Assembly (NCBI RefSeq): GCF_006345805.1
Contig: NC_042999.1
Span: forward strand, 39,928,001-39,992,000
DNA length: 64,000 nt
Origin: Octopus sinensis
Taxonomy: Eukaryota
Direction: 5' to 3'
The notes below the pieces were generated by a model. That model was not told where the DNA came from. It did not search any database and worked only from the letters and a program-made list of their open reading frames with translations. The position numbers were made by a program, and so were the translations under genes. This document shows, piece by piece, positions 1 through 14,330 of the stretch (within the stretch, counting starts at the first letter, position 1; each line of letters starts with the position of its first letter).

Positions 1-3000
1 GCAGAATATGTCCCTCGTTAAAGAACTTCCCTGAAGTGCGTACAAGAGTACTACCCCATTGGAGTACATATAAAATAAATTCCATATTACTTTATGAATA
101 TGTTTGCCGTCAATACACAAGATGGAGAAAACGAAAACAAAATGTATGATTTGTAATGCATTATTTTAATGATCTCCATTCACCAGCCTTGTAGCAATAA
201 AGAGTAATCGGCATTATTGTTATTAAAATTTTTCTGCTAATTATTATTAATTTTAAGTTTTTATGCTAACAATTTTGATAGTAAATTAGTTACTTCAGAA
301 GTTAGAATGTCGCAGTGGGAATAGAAATATCGGTGCATTATCAGAAACCAAATTAAACCGATAGATTTTGGTAGAGATTTTTGTGTTGTGCTTAAATAAA
401 TAAACGAAATAAAACAAATACAGAAAACATATTATTCGAGCTTCTATTGCTAGTCTGTCCGCTGAAAGATGGACTGTTTTATAAAATTCCGAAATGGTCA
501 AGTAGATCGAAGTTATCAAGATATTAATAGCGATAATCGATATCTTTTGATTTTTTCTTGAATTGCGCTAATTTATCGAGACAGTCACACGATTTGTCTG
601 AATGATTCTAATTTTTATATTTATTCTTTTTATTTGTTATATATTAATGGTAATATTTTAGTTGTTTGGTTGTTGCTTTCTCTTCGTATTTTCATTTTTT
701 CTGCATTAGGTCTGTGTATTTATTAATGGTTTCGTCATATTTAATGTCAGTATTGCCACTTGGAGCTATATTTGGAAGAGTTGTAGCTACAGGTAGTTAA
801 GTTTGGCTTTATTATGAAGCTTTTGTTACTGTTGTTTGTTGTTGTCGTTGTTGTTGTTGATGATGGTGATGATGGTGATGATGGCGATAATGAGGATGGC
901 GGCGGCGATGACGATGGTGAAGAAAATGATTAAGATGTACAGTTGTTAATATTTTTTTGAAAGTGATGCTGGAACAGTTAGTTACAGATATTTTTAGGTA
1001 TGAAATTAAAATTTTATATAAGAAGTTATTAATCGAATGATTACAAACTTTCGGTTGTCGCTCAAAGTGCTGTGCCATATTTCTTCTTGTTCTTTACGTC
1101 CTGTGTTCAATCCAGCGTGGTCATGAATCCTTTCGGTGCTGATAAAATAATGAAATAAGAATTTGAATAGATGGCACCAAAAAATTCCCTTCCCATATAA
1201 TATCCGGCATTGTGTCTAAATTAGAAACCAATGTCATTATTCTTTCACCCAACGAATTTATAAATAAATGTAGGTGACTGTTGCAAACTTGGTCAAGGAT
1301 AATGTAACTATACTTAGCATGTGCTCGTTGATGGGAGAACAATGTATGTGTACGGCTTGGCTTGTGCCATGAAAGAAATAATTTTCCAGAATCTGTGGTG
1401 TTTCTTGACTGGTCATACCTCGTAGCTTCCCTATTTCAAGAGAAGACATGTTTTATGTTTTCATGTACATTGTGTATTATGTATAATTGTATCTCATGTC
1501 TAGGAATCAAATCGCTTTCTTTTCATTATATATTTTATGTATCCTGCGTTCAATGCAAATCGTAGATTCTGGATCTAAGTTTGCAGTGCTGGTGGTTGTG
1601 GTGGCTCTGGGGACGTGCTAGTGAGGGTGTTTGTAATTAACCCTCAAGTGAGCCATCATCGAGTAGATACAGAATCACATGTTTTTCGTTCTGTAATAAT
1701 TTATATTTTTATTTAAGACAATAATATGTCAGTTGATATATATTTACTTTTAGCTGTTGTTTTCAGAAGATACAATTCTTGTGCAGACTTTATTATCGCG
1801 TAGAGCCTTTCTGGTTTTCCCGTTGCTATTGTTCTTGCATCTACTATTAATTGTCTCAGTGTGTTATGGTAGTCATGTCAATTATCATATTGATTATATT
1901 CACATGGACACCGAATGCAGACTGCGTTGGCGATAAGTAGGCATAAATGATATTAAAGATACTTGATAGCAGTGTTAATGCTTAAGGTGAATGACTTATT
2001 GCGGTAGTTGCTAGGGATGACAGTGGTGAATATTGTATTTCTGTTAGATGAGACAGTAAGGTTAGTAAGGCGATGGTCACGCATGGATGTATCTAAAAGT
2101 GAAATTATTTAATACAATTGATCTTCAAAGGTGACTTGAAGCACCATAAATATCATTGATAATTGACTAATTATTGTAGCTGTTCATAATCTTACCACCC
2201 ATTTATCTTTCATTCGAATCTAATCACCATTGTTATTATTATCATTATTCTCATTAGAACACTGTGCGTTGGCAAAACCATTAAATTAAAGACTTGGACA
2301 GAGTGACATGTGGAACGAGTTCTCATTCTGCTCTCTGATTCCAAATACCGTCCATTTATCTCTGCTTTCTATTCTTCAGGGACATTTAAGTTACAGTTAA
2401 CTAGATACGAACGGTGTTTAGTGTGAATCGAAAAGAGCCAGAAAATATCTAGTATGATATTTGTTTCTACATTTTATGAGCTGTATTCAAGTCTAGTTGA
2501 TCTCCACTTAGCGTTACATCTTTATCGACAGGCTAGATTACTTGTACTTGCCAAATACAAAGGTAGATGCTATAAACTAATCACGTTTCCACGATTTTCA
2601 GTTTATATGTGTATGTCAACGTTACAAATTAAGTAAGACCGATGAATTATCAGGGATTTGGACTAGCAACATCTTTCTGACTCTCTCCGCATTCAGCATT
2701 TGATCTTTCAACAGTTAAAACTAACTGATTACTTGTCCGAAACGATGTATTAGCTGCGGAGGGCACATTATTTGATATCTATTCCAGTATCTGAAAATAA
2801 TATTTTTTTTACATATTTTTCGTTTTCACTTTAAGGTGCGAGTTATGGGCACACAAGGCGACACAGATTCAGACAATCTATCAGACTCAGTTATTCACAG
2901 TTTCTATAATACTACGATTGTTACATTGAGTATTTATTATAGCCACACACACACAAACACACACACAGACAATATTTTGTTGATGTTCGGATAACTATAG

Positions 3001-3083
3001 TGTTATATTTGAATAAAAGTTTAATGCAAAGTGGCTTGCGTACACATTTTACCGACCGTTAAATACAAATACTTCTTGATTGA

Positions 3084-3415
3084 TTTATTGATTGATTGAT
3101 TCTAGTTTCAGCTCACGAGCTGTGGTCATGCTGGGGCACCGCCATTTGGTGTTGCTACATGGTTTTACTTCACGAATGCTTCTTAGCAACTGCCATTTGG
3201 TGCATGAGAGAGTTCAATGCAGCTGCCCTCATCTGCACCTCCTGCCGTGAAGTTGGTTCATCTGGGATACCTGACAAGAAGAGATCCAGTTTTATTTTAA
3301 AGACATCTGCATCCACCCCATGCAGGTCTCTTAGGTTCTTCGGGAGGATATTGAAGAGCTGTGGGCCTCGGAAGCCCAGGCAATCACAGTATCTTGTCCT
3401 ACATCTTAAAAGATA
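3084..3415 (-). mobile_element. 3' fragment of a CR1/L2-group LINE (ORF2 C-terminus plus short tandem tail)
   Basis: Minus-strand translation GPQLFNILPKNLRDL...FKIKLDLFLSGIPDEP...RAAALNSL resembles CR1/L2-group ORF2 C-termini; (ATTG)n tail at about 3084-3100. Confidence 0.65.
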
Positions 3416-5082
3416 ATTCTCCTCAATAGATAAGTACCCAGTATATCGCAAGACATAAACATCAATGTGAAGAGATACAATTGTGAGTACACCAAACAGT
3501 ATGTATTGCAAATTTTAGTTTCTTCTCTTTTTGCCCTTAGATAAGTCTAATTGAGATCTTTTCAACTTTCAGCAGTTAAAATTTATTAAGTATCAACTGA
3601 TATTGCTGTCTTCTATAGTGATTCATAGATCGGACGAGGGTTGGAAAACCGAAATAAGTATTCTAGTTGCTCGTTGGGGTATGCGTCGTGACAAGATAAT
3701 TGTTCGAGTAGAAAGAACCCGGAGACGTATGAGATCGGAACTGCGTAGTCTATGTATAAGACGTATCAAGAGATTGAATGTATATTCACATAAAATTTGG
3801 GACTTAATTCCGATAGCTAAATGATATGGGGGTATATAAATAACATTGTTGCGCTAATAGACACAACGAAACTACGGCAGATTATATTAACTCAAACTCC
3901 GTTAGCAGAAACGTGATGTTATTTGGGACTTTAAATTTAGATTTTGCTCTTCTTCTTTTGTAAAGCATAATCTATGCTTATAGTAATCATTCTGTTGTTA
4001 TGAAGTTCTCTTCAAATCCGTAATCTTACAGAGATATATTTATTGAGATACTCGGTATCTCTTCAATACTATATATCAAATTTTGGAATATCGATAGAAC
4101 ATACGATTGAGATAAAAATTTATGGAGAGATATACGAAGTGCAGGGCGTCGAAGAATAGTGAAGTCTTTTGACTGGACACGGAAGGCACCACATTTGCAT
4201 ATGATGTGGTAACGTGAAGAAAAGTGGAAAAACAATTCTGCCGTCGCAATACTAATATGAAAGAAAGATAGAAATTTGGATTGAGAAAAAGAAATGAAGG
4301 TAACAATTCTTTTGATTATTCCAAACGAAATATAAGGGAGAGAGAGAAAGTGAGTGAGAGAGAAAGAACGATAATGAGAAGGTTGAGGAAGAGGAAATAT
4401 CAAAGAAATCATGTAAAATAAGTGAAATAAGTCAGTAAAAGAAGGAGAGAAAATTATAGAGAGAAAATATTAATTAACAAGACGGAAACGATAAAAAAAG
4501 AATCATCGAGAGAGAAAAGAATCTTATATCGATGAACCCCAGAAACATATTAAGAAATGTATGAAGCAAAACTGAGTGGGAGACATGGAAACAGGAATTG
4601 GAGAAAGGAAATTAAAGGTGGAAGACCTATCGGTCATGAGGACCTGAGTCAGCCTAGTTTAATAACATTTAACATGTGGAGAATTTTACCCTATATTACA
4701 AGTATTTTGTTCGTTCCTTTGATGGTAAATATCACAGGGGGAGTTGGAATTACAGCGAAAATGTCAAAGAAGGCTATGGGCAGATTGAAGGAGAATTGTT
4801 GCAATATTCTGTGTGTGCACAGAAAACAAGCTACCACAAAGAAATAGTAAAGTCGTTGTTCACGTTTGAAGGAAGGAACGGAGTTTCAAAATATAAAGCT
4901 ATATTCTTCTTAGAATTGTCATTCTTTTGCCTGGGGACAACAGTAACAAGGTAGAAGAATTAAGTGAAGTAAAAATAAATATGAGAGATTGAAAGAAAGA
5001 AACATAATGGGAAATGCAAGGAAATCTAAGTGGCACTCAAAACAAGAAATATAAAAAGAGAATTAAATAAAAGGTTTATATA

Positions 5083-6050
5083 CGAGGTGGTATCAAAAAT
5101 TTCCCGTATAGGTCTCCAATGCGTTAACAGAAGGCAGTCCACAGTTGCAAGCGCAGTGAAAACTATAGAGACCGTCAAGAATCAGTGTGTCGAGCGTCAT
5201 CGCTGCGTTTACTTCTGACGCTGTGAAATTTGTGTTTAGGTGATCATGCGTATGATGTAGTATGCGATATTATTATGGGTAAGAAGTTGGAACAAATAAT
5301 CGGCGTAGAATTTTGTGTTAAACTTGAGAGGTCTGCTACAGAGACATTGAGTATGCTTCAGGAATCTTACGGCGACGAGGCAGTAGGTCGTACGCAATGC
5401 TTTGAGTGTCTCGGGCGCTCCAAAAGCGGAAGAAGTCCCCGATTAGCAATCTGAAAGACCTGCCATGAGCGTCACTCCCGGAAATATATTGAAAATTCAA
5501 CGCCTTGTGCATATTATCTCTGTCAAGTTTGCACCGCGCCTTTTGTCCACTGAGCTGAAAAAACACCAGGTCGAACTCTGTCAAGACCTCTGCCAGCCTA
5601 CCGGTGATGACCTATCCTTCATGTCAAAGATCATCACCGGTGATTTGAGTTGCGTCTACGAGTAGGACAGTGGGAAGAAACTTCTGTCATGAAAACGGAA
5701 AAGCCCTCAGCTCCACGAACGGAGAAAGCACGACAGAGCCGCAACTCAATCAAAAGCGGGCTATTCGTTTTCTCCGACGTCTGCAGTATTGTGAATCGCG
5801 AATTCGTCCCTCAGGCCCAGACGGTCAATCGAAAGATTTACTGCGATATTTTGAGGGACGACAATTGGCGAAAGCTATCGGACGTTTGCAGCACAAGGAA
5901 TTGGATTCTTCTAGATAACAACGCACCCTGTCACCGAGCTCTCCTAATTCGTGAGTTTCTTGCCAATAGAACAACATATCACTTCTGCACCTATACTCTC
6001 TACCATGTATATTACCTGCAGAGTTCCATCTCTTTCCGAATATGAAAATA
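5083..6050 (+). mobile_element. Degraded mariner transposon (5' TIR, frameshifted transposase, 3' end lost at a SINE)
   Basis: TA followed by CGAGGTGGTATCAAAAA at 5081; fragments EQIIGVEFCVKLERSATETLSMLQESYGDEAVGRTQCFE (HTH), KFAPRLL, KIITGDLSCVY (first catalytic D), FVPQAQTVN, WILLDNNAPCH (second catalytic D). Confidence 0.9.
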
Positions 6051-6467
6051 TACTGTTTTACTTGTTTCAGTCATTTGACTGCGCCCATGACTGAGCACCG
6101 CCTTTAGTCGAGCAAATCAACGCCAGGACTTATTCTTTGTAAGCCTAGTACCTATTCTATCAGTCACTTTTGGCGAACCGCTAAGTTGAGGGGACGGAAG
6201 CACACCACCATCGGTTGTCAAGCGATGTTGGGGGGACAAACATAGACACACAAACATACACACACACACACACGTATATATATATATATATATAATATAT
6301 ATATATATATATACATACGACGGGCTTCTTTCAGTTTCCCTCTACCAAAGCGACCCACAAGGATTTGGTCGGCCCGAGGCTATAGAAAAATGCACTTGCC
6401 CAAGGTGCCATTTAGTGGGACTGAACTCGGACCCGTGTGGTTAGCAAACAAGCTACTTACCACACAG

Positions 6468-6470
<3 letters not shown>
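6051..6470 (-). mobile_element. SINE family A (tRNA-like head, CORE-like GCACCTTGGGCAAGTG domain, internal microsatellite)
   Basis: Colinear with copies at 29248-29640, 39894-40254 and 44681-45027; A/B-box-like head on the minus strand. Confidence 0.85.
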
Positions 6471-6531
<61 letters not shown>

Positions 6532-6534
6532 GTG

Positions 6535-6611
<77 letters not shown>

Positions 6612-6645
6612 ATATGCATATGCATGTATGCATATATATATAACA
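6470..6645. repeat. (AT)n/(GT)n compound microsatellite
   Basis: Direct reading. Similar tracts at about 10290-10440, 12950-13110, 13400-13870, 17995-18200, 38080-38312, 44250-44325, 46700-47000, 47520-47720, 48050-48420, 58870-58960, 60895-61050. Confidence 0.95.
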
Positions 6646-6959
6646 AAGTTATTTTATTCCATACGGTTAGAAATATAGAAAAAATTTATGAAAAGCCACT
6701 GAGAGTCGTTTAGATTTTTTTAATTCTAAAATTTTAAAAACAAACTATTTTATAGATTTCTCTGTTAATCAAAATGACACGTTTTGATAGTAAGACGTGA
6801 AGGTGCGCTGCCACCGTCTTATTTCTAATTGGGGTTGACAAATTCACTTGTTTACATAGAGGGAGCGCGGTTGAAATTAATGACAAGAAAATGATAAAAA
6901 AAATTTTTAAATGCTTTACTTTTCAAAAGATTTCCTTTACGATATTTATCTTGTGCTTA

Positions 6960-7008
<49 letters not shown>

Positions 7009-8189
7009 ATTTTGTGTAGCTGTCATTATCAGAGATTCACTGAACAGCAGTAGTAATAAATAAATAAAACTATAGTGATCAATGGTATAATAATATTTTC
7101 TTATTCAAAATATGTTATACTTATATTATTATTTATATTTCAAAGCCATTCCAGATGGGTTAACGAACAGATAAAAGCTAATTCAGCTTTAATTATACGT
7201 AGAATATCTTCATATACATATAAGACTGATTTTTCTGAATATGTGCACTTTAAAGTTATCAATTTCATGTTTATGAATAAATAACGTAAGTAATACAGCA
7301 TACAATGAATGTATAATTTTACTTTTAATATATTTCCGAAGCCATTATGGCATTTAATTTGGCGGAAATAAAAGTATACAAAGCAATAATGAATTATTCA
7401 ACATGATTCGATCTAATAATTATTTATGTATACAGATTGTTCGTATCTACTTTATTTAACATCGTAACAACATGCGTTCAGTGTTATATTTGACATTATA
7501 ACCGGAATTGTTTAGTTGTGATCAGCGTTAATGTCAGATGTACAAGACAAAACAAGTTGTAACTGTACTGCTCCGGACTGAAGACTGAAATACTCTCATG
7601 TTCGTGTGTTTTATCTTTGAATTTCTATAATATCGGTCTCAAACATTATTCGTCCGCATTTTTGATATTGATAAAAATAATGTTCCAGTCATTGACAGGT
7701 AACAATATGACAAAGAAAATAAAAATGAAAAACGCTTCAGCTTACATGCTATTTCCTACTTCAGTGCTTTGGAACAAATACAGAAGTGAACAATTTGAGC
7801 CTTGTGAATGAAAGGGAGCATCTTCAATGCAATGTATTTAATTCAATATATTAATATACACTAGTCTGCTTTGTAGCTAACATTCAAGCATCGAATCAAT
7901 CTAATCAGGGTATTTCCATTGATGTATACCAAGAAAGCTCGTGCGTATGGATAGAGAAAAGATGAAAACATTTAGCATCTGAAGATGCTCTAATGGACGT
8001 TATTTGCTATTACAAACACTGACAATTAAGTCTCTCATTAATGTGCTGGAATATTATGCACGTATTTTGTTTACCGCAGCTGAAATAACGAGTTTGAAGA
8101 ATTTGAAGAACGGTTCCGCCATATGGCCCTTGGCTTTATTAATATGTTAACTCACCCTAATGTCTCATGGTTAATGAGCATAATGTGAA

Positions 8190-8960
8190 GAATGATTATT
8201 GCTCAGTGTTTATCAACATTCATTTTGCGAGGTATGTTTTTTTACGGTGAAAATATGGTACCCACCCGTAACTTTTTTTAATTGTTACAAATATATAAGT
8301 ATCACAAGGGAAGGTTTTAGACAATGGTTGATATTAGTAATATAAGTGAAATAACAGTTGAAACTTCACGGGCATTATGAATTTATTTAGGCCACATCTA
8401 TCTTACTCGTAGTTTGTTCTTTTTTCTATGATATTATGAGAGTAAAGAAACATCGGAGGCAACTTTCAGAATAATTAAGTAAAGATAACACACTTGTCAC
8501 AGGCAAGAAAAATTTATGAACAGTTCAATTGTCACTGAAAATGTGTCCACCTCATTTTCCCATCACACTTGAAGTTTTGATATGGTTGTTTAAAGTGAAG
8601 GGTAAACCTCGAAATGGATTCAATCTCTTGAAGAATTTACTTGGATCGTGATACGCAAAAGAAGGCTTTTCGTATTTTCGAATTCGAATGAGATGAATGA
8701 TTTGAAAGACAATTGCCTGAGGTTAACACAACGCGTTGTAAATCTTCAAATGCCTCCACAACAATATTTTAGGAAATGAATTGCTGCATATATTTTTATA
8801 AAGCAAGTCACCTATTTAAGTTTTCTAGGCAGCGAGACTCCTGTCTCATCAAATGTTCATTTTTTTTAATGAAAATCACTTCTTCCACGAAAATGTGCCG
8901 CCAGCTAAGATATATTTTACTTAGTTGTATGTATATTCGATCATGATATGAATCTTTTAA
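8190..8960 (-). mobile_element. Highly decayed Sola-type DDE transposase remnant
   Basis: Minus-strand motifs in the expected order: AFEDLQRVVLT (about 8725-8755; FDLQ motif), IFSDN*TVHK (about 8520-8548; SDNCxGQNKN), HTSQNEC (about 8212-8235; GHTxNExDS). Confidence 0.5.
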
Positions 8961-10005
8961 CACGTCATGCAATGTGAAAGGAAAACATGACATGATTGAT
9001 AAATATCAATACATTTTTTGTATGCACATAATAAATGCAGTAAGGAAAAATATATTCGCCGTATGACACGAACAATGTTTTTGTTGTCTAGTATAATCGA
9101 CCGTAAGAGAATAAGGAAGTTATAAGCTATTGTTAAAGGTTACTAAAAGCGGCAAAAATATTGATTTCAATATCATGGGTATATAAGCTTTCATCTCCTC
9201 TGGGAGATAACCCCGGTTCAATTGCAGTATCTCCTTTGATTGTGATGTTACGGGATGTAGAATACAGGGCGAAATTCAATTCTCTAACACACAAAAAAGA
9301 AATAGAGAGAAAAAAGCAGTCATCGGGAAACGAGGTTTTGTGTAACAAGGAAGGGTTAAGATCTTTTTATTTCCTAATTGACACTTAGTTTTGATAGCGT
9401 TGTCAGCAATTTCTTGAATAGAACAATGCAATATCTAAAACGACAAAATTAACCTTTTTGAGATACATCGATGAAAAAAAAAAAAGCAAACTCATATTAT
9501 TTGCGTGAATGAAATATAATGTAGATTATTCTGTTCCCATATTACACACTTCCTCGAAATTTCAATCGATCCAAGACATATGGTGACAGAGAATGAATAA
9601 CTAAAATATAAAAGATAATGGCAATAGAACATGCAGAATTAAATGAATGAATTTTAATGAAAATAACTTAAGTGCATTATGTTTTTTAGAAACTTGCTAA
9701 AAGACAATATTAGTTTAAAAGCTTATTGGCAGTTAATGTATAGAATATACATCAATTTACACTTGTACACCGCAGGTGATATTGAAAGTGGTACCGGCAG
9801 AAAAGTGAAATGAAAATGTATCCTTATGTTGCCATTGTAAAATTTAGCTTCTGTCAATTAGATATCTTTTCTCTTCTCCTTTCAGTGTGTACTGGTGTCT
9901 ATACGAATAGTAAAGAGTCAGTGTATTCCCATACACTATGTACTAAGATTAAAAAATAGAAAAGCAAACTGTAAAAATTAACAACGATTAGATGAGTATC
10001 AGTAT

Positions 10006-10038
<33 letters not shown>

Positions 10039-10315
10039 CACACACACACACACACATATGTATATATATATAAGCGAAGACATGACACGATGTAGGTAAA
10101 GAAATTTGAGAAATTTAAAAAGAAAATACGAAACCGGTTATTTCTCCAAAAACTATGTTACTATACGCAAAATTTTATAACATAAATACTTAAATATATT
10201 CTTTAAACATATAAGACAAGCCTTCTGTAGTTTTTTCACTCTTTTTGTTTTTATACATCCAACCACGTGCTTTCACCTACCAACTCTCTAAGCTATATAT
10301 ATATATATATATGTG

Positions 10316-10378
<63 letters not shown>

Positions 10379-10388
10379 AATATATATA

Positions 10389-10443
<55 letters not shown>

Positions 10444-11741
10444 AACAAACATAAGTGTCCGTACATATCTGTGTACGTATAATTATATATGTACATATTG
10501 TATGCATATAAATGTTCATATATATTTCTCTGCATATATTGTTCTGCATTTGTGCAGTACACATATGTATGTGGATGATAGTCTGTATGTACATATAGAT
10601 ATACATTTCCCTCATAAAGCTTAAATAAGTGTATTTTAAAGGAACATCTGCTATTAACGGCAGCCTGCAAAAAAAATATGCCTGTATAACAATAGAAAAC
10701 ATATTCTGTAATTTTTCTGTTTATATTTTTTTCTCTTTTTAAAATATTTGACTATATTTTTCACATTCAGACACTACGCCATTTCAACAATAGAATATCA
10801 AAGAATATGTTAGTTATATATATAATAATGAAATATGTTGATAACAATAAGTCCGAATATAAAATAGATACTATTTATAGCACGATGTAGTAAATTAGTG
10901 AGAGAGCGAATATATGAATGTATCTATGCAAAATTTAGTTTCTTATAGGTGAACATGGATGTGTTTGTATGTAAACTTGCACATGCGTGCCTGTGCAGGC
11001 AACTGTGTGTCTACTGACGGTGAACAATAATATAGATAGTATTGTATCTACTGAAGGAAAGGTAGTATGATTTCTGCGCTGATCAAAACTACATAATCAA
11101 GAACGCTGATCCAATTGTCTTCCAATCACTGTCACTTTGGTAATGGCACAGCAGCAGCAGAACATAACTTCCTTCTTGAATTTATAGGCTATTCTAATTT
11201 TTTGTAGGCTGGGACTTGCACCAGTTATCTGCTTAAATTCTCTCAAAATGAAACGAATTTAAGTACATGAAGGCTTGATCTGTCTGACGTGTTATTTACT
11301 ACAATATGTACCTGTGGATAAATACATATGTAAATAAATAGATACACACATACATGCATACATATCTGTTCCCCCCACTCTCTATTTTTCTCTCTCCCCA
11401 CATGCATACAAGGAAATTATCCATGCATTCGCATATAAACAATTTTGGTATATTTTATTTTTTGATAACATACTCGGTATGCTTGGTCAGTGAATAATGT
11501 TTGTATACAAAGATAATGTTGGAGGGGGTAATAATATCGGCGTGTACATTTTTGTCATTTATTTTATTTTAATTTATTGAATTACATGTTTCTGATTTTG
11601 TGAACAAAAACTCCGTTGCTTAATCTGTACCCATAATAATGAGCTCTTGTTCAGGCTGCTCTTTATTTAGAACACAGTAACAGGTAGATTAAAATGAATC
11701 TTAGTAACTACAGGTGGATTCGTACTCTATTTTTAATTTAG

Positions 11742-11872
11742 TGTGTGTGTGTGTGTGTATGTGTGTGTGTGTGTGTATGTGTGTGTGTGTGTATGTGTGT
11801 GTGTGTGTGTGTGTGTATGTGTGTGTGTGTGTGTGTATGTGTGTGTGTGTGTATGTGTGTGTGTGTGTGTGT
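11742..11872. repeat. (GT)n microsatellite with periodic GTAT interruptions
   Basis: Direct reading. Confidence 0.95.
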
Positions 11873-12961
11873 CTTGTAGTATTCATCAGCTGCTTTCAAA
11901 TGCGTATGTTAGATGTATATCCGTGAAAACACCAGAGAGAGAATTACGTTCCTTGAATCCAAGGATACATTGTGTACTTGGAAGCTTACACTGCTGGATG
12001 GACACATCGCCTCATTATCTCTCAAATGACTCTTGTCTCATTATCTCTCAAATGTCTATAGGAATTCTTGTGTTAAGTAAACTCAATGGAGAACAGGCAA
12101 GTATTGCATATCCTTTACCAGACCTTCTGACGATTCTGCTAATTTATCACCTACAATAATAAATTATAAGTGAATTTAATAATAAATTCTAATTCATATG
12201 TAGTAGCTTCACAACAACAAATAAGCATGGAGTTAAAAACTGTCTCTCAAACTTATTTATATATACTATATTTATATACATCTATATAGTTATATCATGT
12301 AGATATATTTTGTAAATATTGTATAAAAACGTAAGAAAACCTAAAGAAATCTCATTAAAGATTTAAATGTGTCACATTGTTTAAGACAATCAGATTTCGT
12401 TCAGATATATATCAGTACATATATAAGAAACTAGTCCAGCAAGCCTAGACGACATGAGAACCGATCTCAAAACAAATCTGTTCGCTCTCTCTAATGGGTA
12501 GTTTGTTTGTTGCATGACCTACACATGTATAACACAAAAGATGGAAAAGTTTGATGGATATATATTTAGACGTGATTTTCATCCTATTGGAAATAAAGTA
12601 ACAGCTTAATACATGTTTATTATTGACACTTGAGATTCGTCTCTGCTTCAATAACATCAATTGTAAAGTTAGCGAAATCCTGCAGCCATTTTATGTCACA
12701 TTTAAAAAAATGTACTACTTATCGTCAGGTGATAGTTGAAGAGGTCATTTGAGGTCAGATAACAATAATGTCCGAAGGTTACAGCTGAAGGGAAGCATTG
12801 CTAATTACATTGAACTGTATATGACTTACAGTCTATCCACGGATGTTGGACAGAGTAAATACGCAATGAAGTAGTTGTGGAGAAGTATTTCTTGTGTTGC
12901 GTAAATATGTGAAACATTGAACGTTACGCAAACACACACACGCACACATACATACATATAT

Positions 12962-12992
<31 letters not shown>

Positions 12993-13524
12993 GCATATAT
13001 ATATATATATATACACGCACATATATATATATATATGCATATATATACACATATATATATAAGTATGTGTGTGAGTGTGTGTACAAATATATATGCGTAT
13101 GTATATGCATTTACCTAAGGACACATAAATGGAACGCTGACGTTTCAAGGAGTTGAAAGAATAGAGATATATATAAGATTTTGGCTGCTTTCCATTTGTA
13201 CACACAATAAGCTAGTGCAAACTTCATAACGGTGGATGATTAAATACTTCCTTTGAAGGTAAAAACGCTTTACAGCTATTCCACTTTAGTGCACACAATG
13301 TTCCGATATTAAAATCTGCAATCTTGCAAGTGTGTCCCTTTCCTGTTGTCTATCTCTCTCCCCACACTCTCTTTCTTTTTCTCTCTCTCTCTACACGAAC
13401 ACGCACATATGCGTATATATATATGTATATATATATATTATATATATAAATACACACATACATATATATATAGTGATATTCATATGCATTTATATATACT
13501 TATACATGTATTTAGATATATATA

Positions 13525-13568
<44 letters not shown>

Positions 13569-13696
13569 CATATATATAATATATACATATCCATATATAC
13601 AGAGAATACATTTACATAAATCATATGTATATTCCTTGTGAAGGAGTCATATATGCACTTATAATACATATACAAAAGTATAAATGGTATTTGTTG

Positions 13697-13731
<35 letters not shown>

Positions 13732-13734
13732 TTA

Positions 13735-13858
<124 letters not shown>

Positions 13859-13872
13859 TATATATTCATACA

Positions 13873-14133
13873 TGTGGGGTCGCAATGGCCCAGTGGATAG
13901 GGCAACGGACTGGCGGTCGTAGCATCGTTGCGAGTGTTTATTGAGTGAAAACACCTAAAGCTACACGTGGCTCTGGCAGGCGGGGAGGGGGCGAAGCGAT
14001 CTCTGCTGTACTCTTTCGACACAACTTTCTCTCACTCTTTCTCCAGTTGGCCTGCTCGCTTAGCGAAGTGCATTGTGACCAGCGATGTGTAGCAACATCT
14101 GATAGCCTGGTCGGTCACATGACGTCACGTGAT
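13873..14133 (+). mobile_element. SINE family C (tRNA-like head)
   Basis: GC-rich island in an AT microsatellite; head GGGGTCGCAATGGCCCAGTGGATAGGGCAACGGACT contains an A-box-like TGGCCCAGTGG. Confidence 0.65.
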
Positions 14134-14245
14134 ATTCATACATACACGCAAACACTCACACACACATATATATACATATATATACGTATATATGTGTGTA
14201 TATTTGCGTTTTTATTTCCTTATATATACATACATGCATAAGCCC

Positions 14246-14330
14246 AGGCGACTGTGTGGTAAGAATCTTGCTTCCCAATCACATGGTTCGGGCTTCATTC
14301 CCACTGTGTGGCACCTTGAACTAATTTTCC
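14246..14330 (+). mobile_element. 5' fragment of SINE family A
   Basis: CTGTGTGGTAAG...ACATGGTTC...CCCACTGTGTGGCACCTTG matches the family A head. Confidence 0.6.

Noticed and set aside
812-1078. Poly-His/Gln ORF resembling a transcription-factor low-complexity region
   Set aside because: The His/Gln run is a (GAT/GTT)n microsatellite; the flanks show no recognisable domain.
4020-5050. Possible decayed LINE ORF1 fragments
   Set aside because: Only vague resemblance; no motif could be fixed with confidence.
6380-6713. [12 protein letters not shown]-type ORFs here and at many other sites
   Set aside because: Translations of dinucleotide microsatellites, which lack stop codons by construction.
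9865-9915. Strong polypyrimidine-CAG acceptor with possible 23-nt micro-exon; similar sites near 17200 and 47375 (minus)
   Set aside because: No coherent reading frame or partner exons; such signals are frequent by chance in AT-rich DNA.
10129-10140. GAAACCGGT resembling the hammerhead 3' half
   Set aside because: No upstream YUGANRA core or stem II.
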